Part shown: one piece after another, positions 32,242 to 42,400 of the stretch
Numbering within the stretch: the stretch's first letter is position 1
Layout of the letters: each line of letters starts with the position of its first letter
Origin: Candidatus Latescibacterota bacterium
GTDB lineage: Bacteria; Latescibacterota; UBA2968; UBA8231
Assembly: GCA_964291625.2 (NCBI GenBank)
Contig: OZ220089.1
Location: 640,001 to 704,000 of the forward strand
DNA: 64,000 nucleotides
Direction: 5' to 3'
The notes under the pieces: model-generated
Told to the model about the DNA's origin: nothing
The model's database searches: none
Seen by the model: the letters and a program-made list of their open reading frames with translations, nothing else
Made by a program: the position numbers and the translations under genes

Positions 32242-33659
32242 TGCTCGCCGTCTCGGTAGAACTGCTGCACGGGACCTTTCGCGGCGACCCCGACGGCGCG
32301 GCCAACACCGGCCAGTCGATCCGAGGGGAGTGGCCGCCCTCGCCGGCCCGCCTGTTCGCGGCGCTGGTCGCGGCGGACGGCACCGGGGAGCGCTGCCGGG
32401 TAACCGACGGCACGGAACTGGAGTGGTTCGAGCAACTGCCGCCGCCAGAGATACATGCCCACGCGGAGCCATGGCATCAGCCGCTGCAACCGCGGTACGT
32501 CGTCCAGCACAGGGGCACGGCCAGCAAGTCCACGCATCAGGAGTACGTCGGCCGTGTGGGTGCCCTCATCCGGCCAGGGGTGCGGGTTTCGCCGCGCCAT
32601 CCCCAAGTGGTCTACGTCTGGAACCTCTCCCCGCCTGACGGGACGCTCTCGGCTCTACGGCGCCGCGCCTCCCGCGTCGGCTACCTCGGGGCCGCCGACT
32701 CACCGGTGCGTGTGCGCGTCAGATCGGAAATGCCCGATGCAGCCGCCGACGCCTTCCATCCAGATCCAGACGGAGATCTGACGATCAACGTCCCGGCGCC
32801 CGGCGATCTGGTCATCCTCGACCGGATGTACGCCGCCTGGTGCGAACACGGCGCCGACATCGGGCGCGCCCAGTTCCCGGCGCTACGCCATGAAGTCGCC
32901 TACCGCTCACCGGGGTCCGTGGCCCCCGTGCAAGCCGACGCCGTTGTAGCGTGGCTGCGCCTCGAATCGGCGGTCTCCGGACGGAGAATCTCGACGGTGA
33001 CGGAATTGTTCAAGGCCGCCGTTCTCAGCTGGCATCAGGAAATCCACGGAGAGCCTCCGGCGATCCTGCACGGCCACGGGTTTCACGAGAAGGGCTACGA
33101 GATCGCTCGCTACCTTGCCCTGCCAGACGTCGGCTTCCGGAGGTCTCGAGGTCGCATTCACGGTCTTGCGCTCTGGCTGCCGGCCGACTCCGATCAGGTG
33201 GAACGTCGGCGGTGTCGCGATGCTGCCCTCGCCGTGCGCAGGCTCGCCGGCCGCGGCTTGGACATCTCCGTTTCACCTCACGATGACGAGCAGGGTCCCT
33301 GGGCCGCGAACCCGAAGCGCTGGGTCGCCATGTCGAAGCGCTGGGCTACGGCCTTCCCCGCGCTGCACGAACGCCGCGGGGACCTCGATCTGGCAGAGGT
33401 GGCGCGCTGGTGCCGTCACGCGGGCCTGCCCGAGCCCGTGGCCTTCCGGGGGACTCGCGGCCCTCTCGTCCCCGGAGCCGTAGACCTGGCCCCGGTAGAG
33501 GTCAACCGGCCGGGCCGGCCGGGCCTTCCCTACTCTCATGTCGAGATCCATTTCGCCGAGGCGGTCCGGGGGCCGGTGGTCATCGGCGCCGGGCGGCAGC
33601 GGGGCTTCGGCCTCTGCGTGCCGGTGCGGTCGGCGGATGAAGGGGACCCCGCATCTTGA
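32241..33659 (+). CDS. csb2: type I-G Cas5/Cas6 fusion Csb2
   Basis: EWPPSPARLFAALVA, YLGAADSPV, C-terminal GPVVIGAGRQRGFGLC glycine loop. Confidence 0.9.
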   Translation: MLAVSVELLHGTFRGDPDGAANTGQSIRGEWPPSPARLFAALVAADGTGERCRVTDGTELEWFEQLPPPEIHAHAEPWHQPLQPRYVVQHRGTASKSTHQEYVGRVGALIRPGVRVSPRHPQVVYVWNLSPPDGTLSALRRRASRVGYLGAADSPVRVRVRSEMPDAAADAFHPDPDGDLTINVPAPGDLVILDRMYAAWCEHGADIGRAQFPALRHEVAYRSPGSVAPVQADAVVAWLRLESAVSGRRISTVTELFKAAVLSWHQEIHGEPPAILHGHGFHEKGYEIARYLALPDVGFRRSRGRIHGLALWLPADSDQVERRRCRDAALAVRRLAGRGLDISVSPHDDEQGPWAANPKRWVAMSKRWATAFPALHERRGDLDLAEVARWCRHAGLPEPVAFRGTRGPLVPGAVDLAPVEVNRPGRPGLPYSHVEIHFAEAVRGPVVIGAGRQRGFGLCVPVRSADEGDPAS

Positions 33660-36472
33660 TGGGTGCCAAGAACCCGGATGCTCCGGTCCTGCCGCCCATG
33701 CCCGGCTTCGAGGAGTTCTATCGAGCCATCAACGGCCGTGATCCGTTTCCCTGGCAGGAGCGTCTGGCTGGCCAAGTCGCTCATTGCGAGAAGTGGCCTG
33801 GAGAGATAGGCGTCCCTACAGGTCTGGGGAAGACGGCCTGCCTGGACATCGCCGTCTGGTGGCTGGCCTCACAGGCAGACCGCCTGCCCGCGAACCGGAC
33901 GGCGCCGACCCGGGTCTGGTGGCTGGTCAATCGGCGGCTGCTCGTAGACGCCGTGACCGACCATGCCGAGGCCATGGGCAGGGCCCTTGCCGATCCGGCC
34001 TCCCATGGAATCGGTGATCGGGGTGCTGGTGTCCTGGCTGCGGTGGCTGAACGCTTGCGCTCGCTCTCCGCTGGCGCCGGCGCTGCCCCGCTGGAAGTGA
34101 TCCGCCTTCGCGGCGGAGTCCAATCGCGCCGCCCAACCGATCCGTCCACGCCCGCGGTCTTGCTGTCCACGCTACCCATGTACGGGTCCCGGCTGCTCTT
34201 CCGCGGCTATGGATCGACCCGGTCCATGCGCCCCATCGACGCCGCGATGGCCGGCACCGACAGCTTGGTCCTGCTGGACGAGGCGCACTTGGCGCCCCAC
34301 CTGCGGACCCTGATTTCCGCCCTCGCGGAATGCACGCCCGGCGCGCAGGCCACTATCGGTGAGGCTCGCTCGCGACCGAGCGTGGCAGCGTTGACGGCCA
34401 CTGGGAATGCGGGCGAGACCTCCCGGTTCGATCTCGACGCCTACGATGAGGCACACCCGGTCGTGCGGCAGCGGCTGGACGCGTCGAAACCGGTGGAGGT
34501 GCGTTCCTTCGACACCGGAGAGATCGGGCCTCGGCTGGCCGACGCGGCTCTCTCCCTGATCCAGGCGGCGCGCAACCCGGCGGCCTGCCTGGTGTTCGCC
34601 AACACTCCCGTCAACGCGAGGGCGGCCTTCCAGCAACTGCAGAAGGACGGAACGGCGGAGGTCCTGCTTCTGACCGGCCGCTCCAGGGAACGGGAGGCGG
34701 CGCAGACCCGGGCGCTGATTCTCGATCCGGTGGACGGCATGGCCGCCACGCGGGACCCCTCCGCCGCCCGCCAGCGTCATCTGATCGTCGTCGCCACCCA
34801 GACCCTGGAGGTCGGGGCCGATGTGGACGCGGAGTACCTCGTAACCGAGGCGTGCGGCGTGCGGGCGCTCACCCAGCGCCTCGGCCGACTCAACCGCCTG
34901 GGCCATCATGACCACGCCCGCGCCATCTACGTACACCTGCCGCCCAAGACGGTGAAGAAGCGAAAGCAGGCTGTCAGTGGATGGCCGGTCTACGGAGAGG
35001 AACCGCACACCGTGCGCGACAGGCTGCAGGCGGCCCTGGACAGAGACCGCTCGGTGACGGTCAACCTCTCGCCCCGCCGGATCTCCGGGGTGCTGGGGGC
35101 GCCGATCGATGATCCCGGTCGGGCGCCCGAAGTCCTGCCCGGAATCCTCTGGGAGTGGGTGAAGACCACCGCTCCTCCTGAAGGCGAGGCGCCCGTCGAG
35201 CCCTACTTCTCCGGCATCGCGGGCCCCGACTACTCGGTGTCGCTGATCTGGCGAGCCCATGTCCCCGATGGGGGCGAACTGTTGTGGCCGCGGGCCAGCG
35301 ACAAGGAGGCCGTCGAGGTCCCCATCGGCGAGGCCCGGGACGCCTTCGGCGACCAAGAGGATCTGCGCCGGATTGGGCCGGACGGGGTAACCGTGCAGGA
35401 GGTCGCCCGCGACGATATCCGGCCCGGAGACACCATCGTGTTGCCCTGCGACCGTGGGCTTCTGGATGAGTTCGGATGGGATCCGTCCTCCGCCTCGCCC
35501 GTCGTAGACATCTCCATCCTGGAGCACGGCCTGCCCCTGGAAGCCACAGCGCTTCAGAGGCTCTGCGGGATCTCCGTCGGTGATCTCGTCGACAAGGCCC
35601 TGGGGATCTCGGATGATGGTGGCGATGAGATCGACGAGGGCGAGCGGAACGAGGCGCTGGAAGAGATACTGACGGATCTGGCCGGCACAACGCCCCAGGG
35701 TTGGCACAGAGATGAATGGCAGGATCTGCTCGCCGCCCTGGACCGGCAGGTTCTCACAGCCCGCAAGGAGGTACCCCGGCTTGCCCGGCGCTCCCCCGGC
35801 CGGGACGGCCTAACCCTCAGCGACGAACTCGACGAGGTCTCGCTGACCGAGACCGCGGTCCTGCTGGATGGCCACTGCCAAGCAGTCGCCCTGCGCGCGC
35901 GCCAGATCGCCGTTCGTCTGGGCCTTCCGGACGACTTGGCACAAGTCCTGGAGCGCTCCGGCGCCCTGCACGACATCGGCAAGTCGGACCCGCGGTTCCA
36001 GCGCTGGCTCGATCCCGAGGAGAGAGCCGCTGGCGTCAAGGTGGCCAAGTCGAACATGCCTCGTCACCTGTGGAATGGCGCCCGCGTAGCGGCCGGGTGG
36101 CCTGCCGGAGGCCGGCACGAAGAATTGTCGGCCCGACTCGTCCGCCGTCGGCTGGAACTGGGCCCAAGCTCCTGTGACTCGGGCCTCCAGGACCTGCTCC
36201 TGCACCTTGTCATCAGCCATCACGGCAGCGGGCGGCCGCTCCTGCCGCCGGTCGATGACGCAACCAGCACCGTCGTCGCCGAGATGATCGAAGGGAAACT
36301 CGTGGAAGCGCCGGCTGACCTCGCTCTCGTCGACTGGGATCAACCCGCCCGGTTCCGGCGCTTGTGCGACCGCTTCGGCCCTTGGGGACTGGCCCTGCTC
36401 GAGGCAATCCTGCGCCAGTCGGACCATGCGGTCTCGGCGGGCACCGACGTCGGCCATGCGGAGGTACGCTGA
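33656..36472 (+). CDS. cas3: type I-G Cas3 (SF2 helicase with C-terminal HD nuclease)
   Basis: PFPWQ, PTGLGKT, LLDEAH, VATQTLEVGADVD, QRLGRLNR; C-terminal LHDIGK, RHE, SHHG. Confidence 0.95.
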   Translation: MMGAKNPDAPVLPPMPGFEEFYRAINGRDPFPWQERLAGQVAHCEKWPGEIGVPTGLGKTACLDIAVWWLASQADRLPANRTAPTRVWWLVNRRLLVDAVTDHAEAMGRALADPASHGIGDRGAGVLAAVAERLRSLSAGAGAAPLEVIRLRGGVQSRRPTDPSTPAVLLSTLPMYGSRLLFRGYGSTRSMRPIDAAMAGTDSLVLLDEAHLAPHLRTLISALAECTPGAQATIGEARSRPSVAALTATGNAGETSRFDLDAYDEAHPVVRQRLDASKPVEVRSFDTGEIGPRLADAALSLIQAARNPAACLVFANTPVNARAAFQQLQKDGTAEVLLLTGRSREREAAQTRALILDPVDGMAATRDPSAARQRHLIVVATQTLEVGADVDAEYLVTEACGVRALTQRLGRLNRLGHHDHARAIYVHLPPKTVKKRKQAVSGWPVYGEEPHTVRDRLQAALDRDRSVTVNLSPRRISGVLGAPIDDPGRAPEVLPGILWEWVKTTAPPEGEAPVEPYFSGIAGPDYSVSLIWRAHVPDGGELLWPRASDKEAVEVPIGEARDAFGDQEDLRRIGPDGVTVQEVARDDIRPGDTIVLPCDRGLLDEFGWDPSSASPVVDISILEHGLPLEATALQRLCGISVGDLVDKALGISDDGGDEIDEGERNEALEEILTDLAGTTPQGWHRDEWQDLLAALDRQVLTARKEVPRLARRSPGRDGLTLSDELDEVSLTETAVLLDGHCQAVALRARQIAVRLGLPDDLAQVLERSGALHDIGKSDPRFQRWLDPEERAAGVKVAKSNMPRHLWNGARVAAGWPAGGRHEELSARLVRRRLELGPSSCDSGLQDLLLHLVISHHGSGRPLLPPVDDATSTVVAEMIEGKLVEAPADLALVDWDQPARFRRLCDRFGPWGLALLEAILRQSDHAVSAGTDVGHAEVR

Positions 36473-37371
36473 TGCCCAGCGTGACATGCCCAGGCCTGCA
36501 GGCGTCCTGGCTCAACGGATGGCTGGCCGCGGTGGGAGCCACGGTGCTCGACACCCGGATCCGCCTTCACTGGACGGAGGACAGCACTCCCGCGGCTGTC
36601 CTTTCAGCAGAGGATACCGACCCCGTGGGGGCGCTGGTCGCTGCCTGGCCGGAGAAGACCCGGTTGGTGGACATGCCGATTGCGGAGACTTGGAGGGGCG
36701 CCGGGCTGTTGCGCCGCAAGGTCTCCGTCGAAGAATTCTCTGTCCGAGCCCGAGCCGCACGCGGTCACGATCATGCGTGGACCCTCTCCTCAACCATGAC
36801 CGACTTGTGCGTCGACCAAAACGGCGAGGTGGCTCATGCTCCCTTCGATCCTGCGGGCCCAGGTACGATCAAGTGGATGCATCATCGGCTGCTGAAGGTC
36901 CATGCGCAGGCAGAGACGACCATCGGACGCATCCGCGAATCCCTTGAGGGTTGCGCCATCCGGGTGAAGGACAACGGCCTTGGCTTCGACCAGACGAGAC
37001 TGGGTTCCCAGTCGGATACCACCTCCATCTGGGTCGACCCTGTGGTCGAGGTACTCGCCTTCTTCGGCCTCGCGATCCTGCCGGTGCGGGGTTCCGGCAT
37101 CGACAGGCGGCTGGGAGCCTCCTTCCTGTCTCGCGAGATTCAGAGAGGATGGCGGACAAACGCCGGGGATAGCCCTGGACGTCGCTTCATGTGGCCAGCT
37201 TGGAGTCAGCCCTTGGACTCGCCCGGGATCGACGCTCTCCTGGACGCATGGACGCCTGACAGAAGGGATCTCTGGCCGCGAACGGGGGTCCATGCCGCCT
37301 GGCAGACTGTCCAGTTCCAGCCCAGAGGATCGGCCGATACGACTCGCGCCTTTGGGGCGGCGCGGTTGTGA
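36472..37371 (+). CDS. short type I-G large subunit (Cas8u/Csb3-like)
   Basis: Between cas3 and cas4 with overlapping stop/start; LNGWLAAVG, VEVLAFFGLAILP, FMWPAWSQPL resemble Csb3-type proteins. Confidence 0.7.
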   Translation: MPSVTCPGLQASWLNGWLAAVGATVLDTRIRLHWTEDSTPAAVLSAEDTDPVGALVAAWPEKTRLVDMPIAETWRGAGLLRRKVSVEEFSVRARAARGHDHAWTLSSTMTDLCVDQNGEVAHAPFDPAGPGTIKWMHHRLLKVHAQAETTIGRIRESLEGCAIRVKDNGLGFDQTRLGSQSDTTSIWVDPVVEVLAFFGLAILPVRGSGIDRRLGASFLSREIQRGWRTNAGDSPGRRFMWPAWSQPLDSPGIDALLDAWTPDRRDLWPRTGVHAAWQTVQFQPRGSADTTRAFGAARL

Positions 37372-37985
37372 CCGACGAACCGATTGTCCCCATCTCCGCC
37401 CTTGAGCACTACGTCTACTGCCCCCGGCAGTGCGCCCTGATCCACTGCGACGGCGTATGGAGCGACAACGCCCATACGGTCAGAGGTTCCCATGCGCACC
37501 GCCGCGTCGACAGTGGACGACATCGGCGTGAACGAGGGCGGCAGGTGCTCCGGGCCATCCCCCTTTGGTCGGAGAGGCTGGGCCTGTCAGGACGTGCGGA
37601 CGCGGTCGAGATGGAGCAAGGGGAGGTGTGGCCGGTCGAGTACAAGGCGGGCGTACGGCATGGCAAGGCCGCCGACATGCAGCTCTGCGCTCAGGCCATG
37701 TGCCTCGAAGAGATGCTCGGCGTCGGCATATCGCACGGCTACGTGTGGTACGGCGGACCACGACGCCGCGTTCAGGTCGATTTCACCTCGCAACTGCGTA
37801 GCGAGGTGGAGGCAACCATCGATGACATCCGGCGGCAGCTGCTGGCGGCCATTCTGCCGGAAGCCCCGAACGATGCCCGGTGCGCTGAGTGCCAGCTGCA
37901 GAACCACTGCCTGCCTGGGTTGACGAGCGCTCCTCAAAGGGTCAGCAGGTACATGACCAACGCTGTATTCCAATGCGCTACCTGA
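37368..37985 (+). CDS. cas4: CRISPR-associated Cas4
   Basis: ISALEHYVYCPRQC, GRAD, PVEYK, QLCAQAMCLE, CAECQLQNHCLP. Confidence 0.95.
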   Translation: MTDEPIVPISALEHYVYCPRQCALIHCDGVWSDNAHTVRGSHAHRRVDSGRHRRERGRQVLRAIPLWSERLGLSGRADAVEMEQGEVWPVEYKAGVRHGKAADMQLCAQAMCLEEMLGVGISHGYVWYGGPRRRVQVDFTSQLRSEVEATIDDIRRQLLAAILPEAPNDARCAECQLQNHCLPGLTSAPQRVSRYMTNAVFQCAT

Positions 37986-38989
37986 GCACGGTCTACGTCC
38001 GCGACCATCGAGCCCGGGTGAAGCATCGGCGCGGTTCCCTTCTGGTATCCTCGCCCGAAGGCAGTCAACGGATACCCCTGGAAGCCATCGATTCGGTGGT
38101 CATGCTGGGCAGCGGGCAGATCACCAGCCAGGCATTGGAAGCCTGCGTGCAGCGCGGCGTCCGGGTCGCCGCGTTGAGGATGAGCGGAGCGGTCCGGTAT
38201 GTCGTCGGGGCGCCTACGGGCGGCAACGTCCACTTGCGAATGGCCCTGTACCGGGCGGTGGCAGATGCCGCTCACTCGCTGACACTGTCGAAGGCGATCG
38301 TAGCGGCCAAACTGCAGAACAGCAGGAAGGTTGTCGATCGCTGGTCGCGAGATGAAGGAGACCCGGACGCGACACTCCGCTTGTCCGAGTGCGCTGAGCA
38401 GATACTGGGCCGGATTCCGCGGCTGGGAGAAGTCGACACCCCCGACCTCGTTCGTGGCGTCGAAGGAGATGCCGCGAGAGCGTACTTCGGCGCGGTTGCT
38501 CAGGTCGTTTCCAAGAGCGGCTTGCCATTCTCGCGGCGCACGCGGCGACCGCCCCGCGACCCGGTCAATGCCATGCTCGGCTTCTGTTACGGCCTGCTCG
38601 TCACAGAGTACATCGGGGCGGTAGAGAGCGTCGGGCTCGACTACCAGATGGGGTTCTTTCACCGCCCCCGTTCCGGCAGACCCTCCCTTGCCCTCGATCT
38701 TGCCGAGGAGCTCCGAGCACTGACGGACCGCTTCGTCGTCACCCTGGTCCGACGCAAGCAGGTTGGGCCCGAGGATTTCATCCGCACCCCCGGTGGCGGG
38801 GTGTACATGACCGATGAGGGGAGGACCGCCTTGATCAAGGCATGGGAGGCCCACAAGGAAGAAGAGATCTCTCATTCCATTCTGGATCGACGCATAGGCA
38901 GGTGGGCCTTGCCATCGGTGCAGGCCACCCTCCTGGCCCGTCACCTTCGCGGCGATCTTCCGGCATACCCACCCTACGTCTTGCCGTAG
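37973..38989 (+). CDS. cas1: CRISPR-associated Cas1
   Basis: RGVEGDAARAYF, RRPPRDPVNAMLGFCY, GFFH, SLALDLAEE. Confidence 0.96.
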   Translation: MRYLSTVYVRDHRARVKHRRGSLLVSSPEGSQRIPLEAIDSVVMLGSGQITSQALEACVQRGVRVAALRMSGAVRYVVGAPTGGNVHLRMALYRAVADAAHSLTLSKAIVAAKLQNSRKVVDRWSRDEGDPDATLRLSECAEQILGRIPRLGEVDTPDLVRGVEGDAARAYFGAVAQVVSKSGLPFSRRTRRPPRDPVNAMLGFCYGLLVTEYIGAVESVGLDYQMGFFHRPRSGRPSLALDLAEELRALTDRFVVTLVRRKQVGPEDFIRTPGGGVYMTDEGRTALIKAWEAHKEEEISHSILDRRIGRWALPSVQATLLARHLRGDLPAYPPYVLP

Positions 38990-38990
38990 C

Positions 38991-39281
38991 ATGGACGTCC
39001 TGGTCACCTACGATATCGCCGACACCGAAGGGGCCGGAGCGAGACGGCTCAGACGCATCGCCGAAGTCTGCGAGAAGTACGGGCAGCGCGTGCAACTGTC
39101 CGTCTTCGAGTGCCGTCTCTCCCCCGAGCGGCTCGCTCGCATGGTAACCGAGCTCCAGGACACCATCGACAGTCGCCGTGATTCGGTGATCGTCTACCGG
39201 TTCCCCGGCCAAATGAAGGACGCCAGACTGCGCTTCGGTCGAAGCCAAGTCCACGAAGTAGGCCAGCCCTGGGTCCTCTGA
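38991..39281 (+). CDS. cas2: CRISPR-associated Cas2
   Basis: VLVTYDI, YGQRVQLSVFEC, DSVIVY. Confidence 0.96.
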   Translation: MDVLVTYDIADTEGAGARRLRRIAEVCEKYGQRVQLSVFECRLSPERLARMVTELQDTIDSRRDSVIVYRFPGQMKDARLRFGRSQVHEVGQPWVL

Positions 39282-39482
39282 CCGCTTGCGAACCCCGGGT
39301 GATCCCTGGAAGCCGGGGACAGACCGCCTCATCCATGGAGATTTCTACCCCCTCAGGCTTGTTTTCTGAGGAATTGGAGTGCACATATCCGCAACTCTTG
39401 CCTCCTGCTGCCATTCCCGAGCTTTCTACTCCCGCACAGGGGCCTCGTTTGGTGGAAATCCCCCCTTTCTGCAGCAATAGCA
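39282..39482 (+). promoter_or_regulatory. CRISPR leader
   Basis: Lower-GC non-coding stretch between cas2 and the first perfect repeat; degenerate repeats lie at the far end. Confidence 0.8.
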
Positions 39483-42400
39483 GTGTCGCCGGGGTGAACG
39501 CCCCGGCCTTCGTTGAGCGTCTGGTGGCAATGGCGGTTAATGGGGTGATCCTCGCGTGTCGCCGGGGTGAACGCCCCGGCCTTCGTTGAGCGGGTCGGGC
39601 GCCCTTCGGTTATGCGGCCGATGTCCTGTGTCGCCGGGGTGAACGCCCCGGCCTTCGTTGAGCGGTGTCAGGCCGCGGCGGAGACGCTGTTGCTGTGTCG
39701 CCGGGGTGAACGCCCCGGCCTTCGTTGAGCGGTGGAACTTTGAGGGAGGTGCATAATGCGCCACCGGGGTGTCGCCGGGGTGAACGCCCCGGCCTTCGTT
39801 GAGCGCGGAAGCGCAGGCGGTGAAGTGGTGCAAGGGCACGGGTGTCGCCGGGGTGAACGCCCCGGCCTTCGTTGAGCGGGTCTGGGCAATGGGTGATTCC
39901 CGGGAGATCCGAGGTGTCGCCGGGGTGAACGCCCCGGCCTTCGTTGAGCGGCATTGCCGACCGGCTCCGGCGATGGGACTGTCGTGTGTCGCCGGGGTGA
40001 ACGCCCCGGCCTTCGTTGAGCGTCGTTCTACATGATCTACAACGTGACCGGCGTGTGGGTGTCGCCGGGGTGAACGCCCCGGCCTTCGTTGAGCGGCCGT
40101 GTTGAGCGCCACAGGAACCCTGCCGTCGGAGTGTCGCCGGGGTGAACGCCCCGGCCTTCGTTGAGCGCGCCAGCTGCCGGAGGAGACGCGCCGAGAGGTC
40201 ATCGGGTGTCGCCGGGGTGAACGCCCCGGCCTTCGTTGAGCGATCTGGCATCAGGTCGCTAGCATTGAGGATATGGTCGTGTCGCCGGGGTGAACGCCCC
40301 GGCCTTCGTTGAGCGCGCCTGTCCCCCGTGGACGTGCCCGCGGCGACGGAGTGTGTCGCCGGGGTGAACGCCCCGGCCTTCGTTGAGCGAAGAAGGCTCT
40401 GTATGACTTCGCCACGATGGTGCAGGGGTGTCGCCGGGGTGAACGCCCCGGCCTTCGTTGAGCGCAGAACAAGGCCCTCGGCGAGCTGGTGCCGCGGGTG
40501 TGTCGCCGGGGTGAACGCCCCGGCCTTCGTTGAGCGCAGGCCGTCCTCGACGACTTCCGGGACAACCAGGGGGGTGTCGCCGGGGTGAACGCCCCGGCCT
40601 TCGTTGAGCGTCGACCACGACGTAGCCCTTCGGCCCCTTCGCGCACGTGTCGCCGGGGTGAACGCCCCGGCCTTCGTTGAGCGTTCGCGCACGTCGTGGA
40701 TATAGTAAACGACCCCCGGTGTCGCCGGGGTGAACGCCCCGGCCTTCGTTGAGCGACCCAGGTGCTGCTGGCGGGCATCCTGGCCTTGCTTGTGTCGCCG
40801 GGGTGAACGCCCCGGCCTTCGTTGAGCGCCCACGGAGGCGGTGCCCCTCCCTCGGTCTCATGGAGGTGTCGCCGGGGTGAACGCCCCGGCCTTCGTTGAG
40901 CGCTGCGCAGCAACAGCCCGCGGGTGCCGCCCGATCCGGGCGCGTGTCGCCGGGGTGAACGCCCCGGCCTTCGTTGAGCGACCTGGAAGCTGGACGTGCC
41001 AACGTCGATGCCCGGTGTCGCCGGGGTGAACGCCCCGGCCTTCGTTGAGCGGTGCAGGAAGCCAGCGGCCGCGGGGCGGACGTGGACGTGTCGCCGGGGT
41101 GAACGCCCCGGCCTTCGTTGAGCGTTCTACTTCTCCGAGAGCATGGATCGCGTGCAGGAGGTGTCGCCGGGGTGAACGCCCCGGCCTTCGTTGAGCGCGC
41201 CGCATCCGGAAGGATCTCGGCCTGACGCTGGCAGTGTCGCCGGGGTGAACGCCCCGGCCTTCGTTGAGCGTCGGTGATGTGGAACGCCTCGGGACACGCC
41301 TCGGGGGTGTGTCGCCGGGGTGAACGCCCCGGCCTTCGTTGAGCGGGGGCCGCAGCACCCCCCCGACCTTGATTTCCGTATCGTGTCGCCGGGGTGAACG
41401 CCCCGGCCTTCGTTGAGCGACGCCGACCGAGGTCACCTACGACGCCGACGCCGAGTGTCGCCGGGGTGAACGCCCCGGCCTTCGTTGAGCGCGGCAGCAG
41501 CAGCGGGGGCAGCGCCTGCGCCCCATGTGTCGCCGGGGTGAACGCCCCGGCCTTCGTTGAGCGGTCAACGCGATCGATCCGGACCCGCAGAAGTGCGTGG
41601 TGTCGCCGGGGTGAACGCCCCGGCCTTCGTTGAGCGAACGTCCAGCTCACCGGCACCGTGGAGCGCCCCGAGTGTCGCCGGGGTGAACGCCCCGGCCTTC
41701 GTTGAGCGCGGAAAGCCAGGGCGACGCCCCAGAGCAGGGCATGGTGTCGCCGGGGTGAACGCCCCGGCCTTCGTTGAGCGCTCTTCCATCAGTTCAATGG
41801 CTCCGTGTACGTCCAGTGTCGCCGGGGTGAACGCCCCGGCCTTCGTTGAGCGCCGCAAGGTGTCGACGCACGTCCCGGTGACCCGCGAGTGTCGCCGGGG
41901 TGAACGCCCCGGCCTTCGTTGAGCGGGCGTAGGCAACGCCGGCTTGCCCTTGATCGAGACGTGTCGCCGGGGTGAACGCCCCGGCCTTCGTTGAGCGGAG
42001 GACGAAATCAGGAGGCACTGATGCCGACGCTCGCGTGTCGCCGGGGTGAACGCCCCGGCCTTCGTTGAGCGCCTTCCGCCCTTCCCCTTTGCCCGGCCGC
42101 CGTAGGGGCGTGTCGCCGGGGTGAACGCCCCGGCCTTCGTTGAGCGTACGTCAACATCGAGGATGCTCCCCAGGACTACCAGGTGTCGCCGGGGTGAACG
42201 CCCCGGCCTTCGTTGAGCGAGGACGGCCAGGTGCAGGTCACGAAGAAAGTCGGGCGAGTGTCGCCGGGGTGAACGCCCCGGCCTTCGTTGAGCGGTCTGC
42301 AAGGTCACGTCCTCGACTTCCGCCGATCCGTGTGTCGCCGGGGTGAACGCCCCGGCCTTCGTTGAGCGTGGGACGGCAAGGCCGGGGCCTTCGTCAGTCC

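Noticed and set aside
41052-41160. Spacers 22 and 23 share GTGCAGGA
   Set aside because: Only 8 nt of common codons (VQE); plausible by chance.
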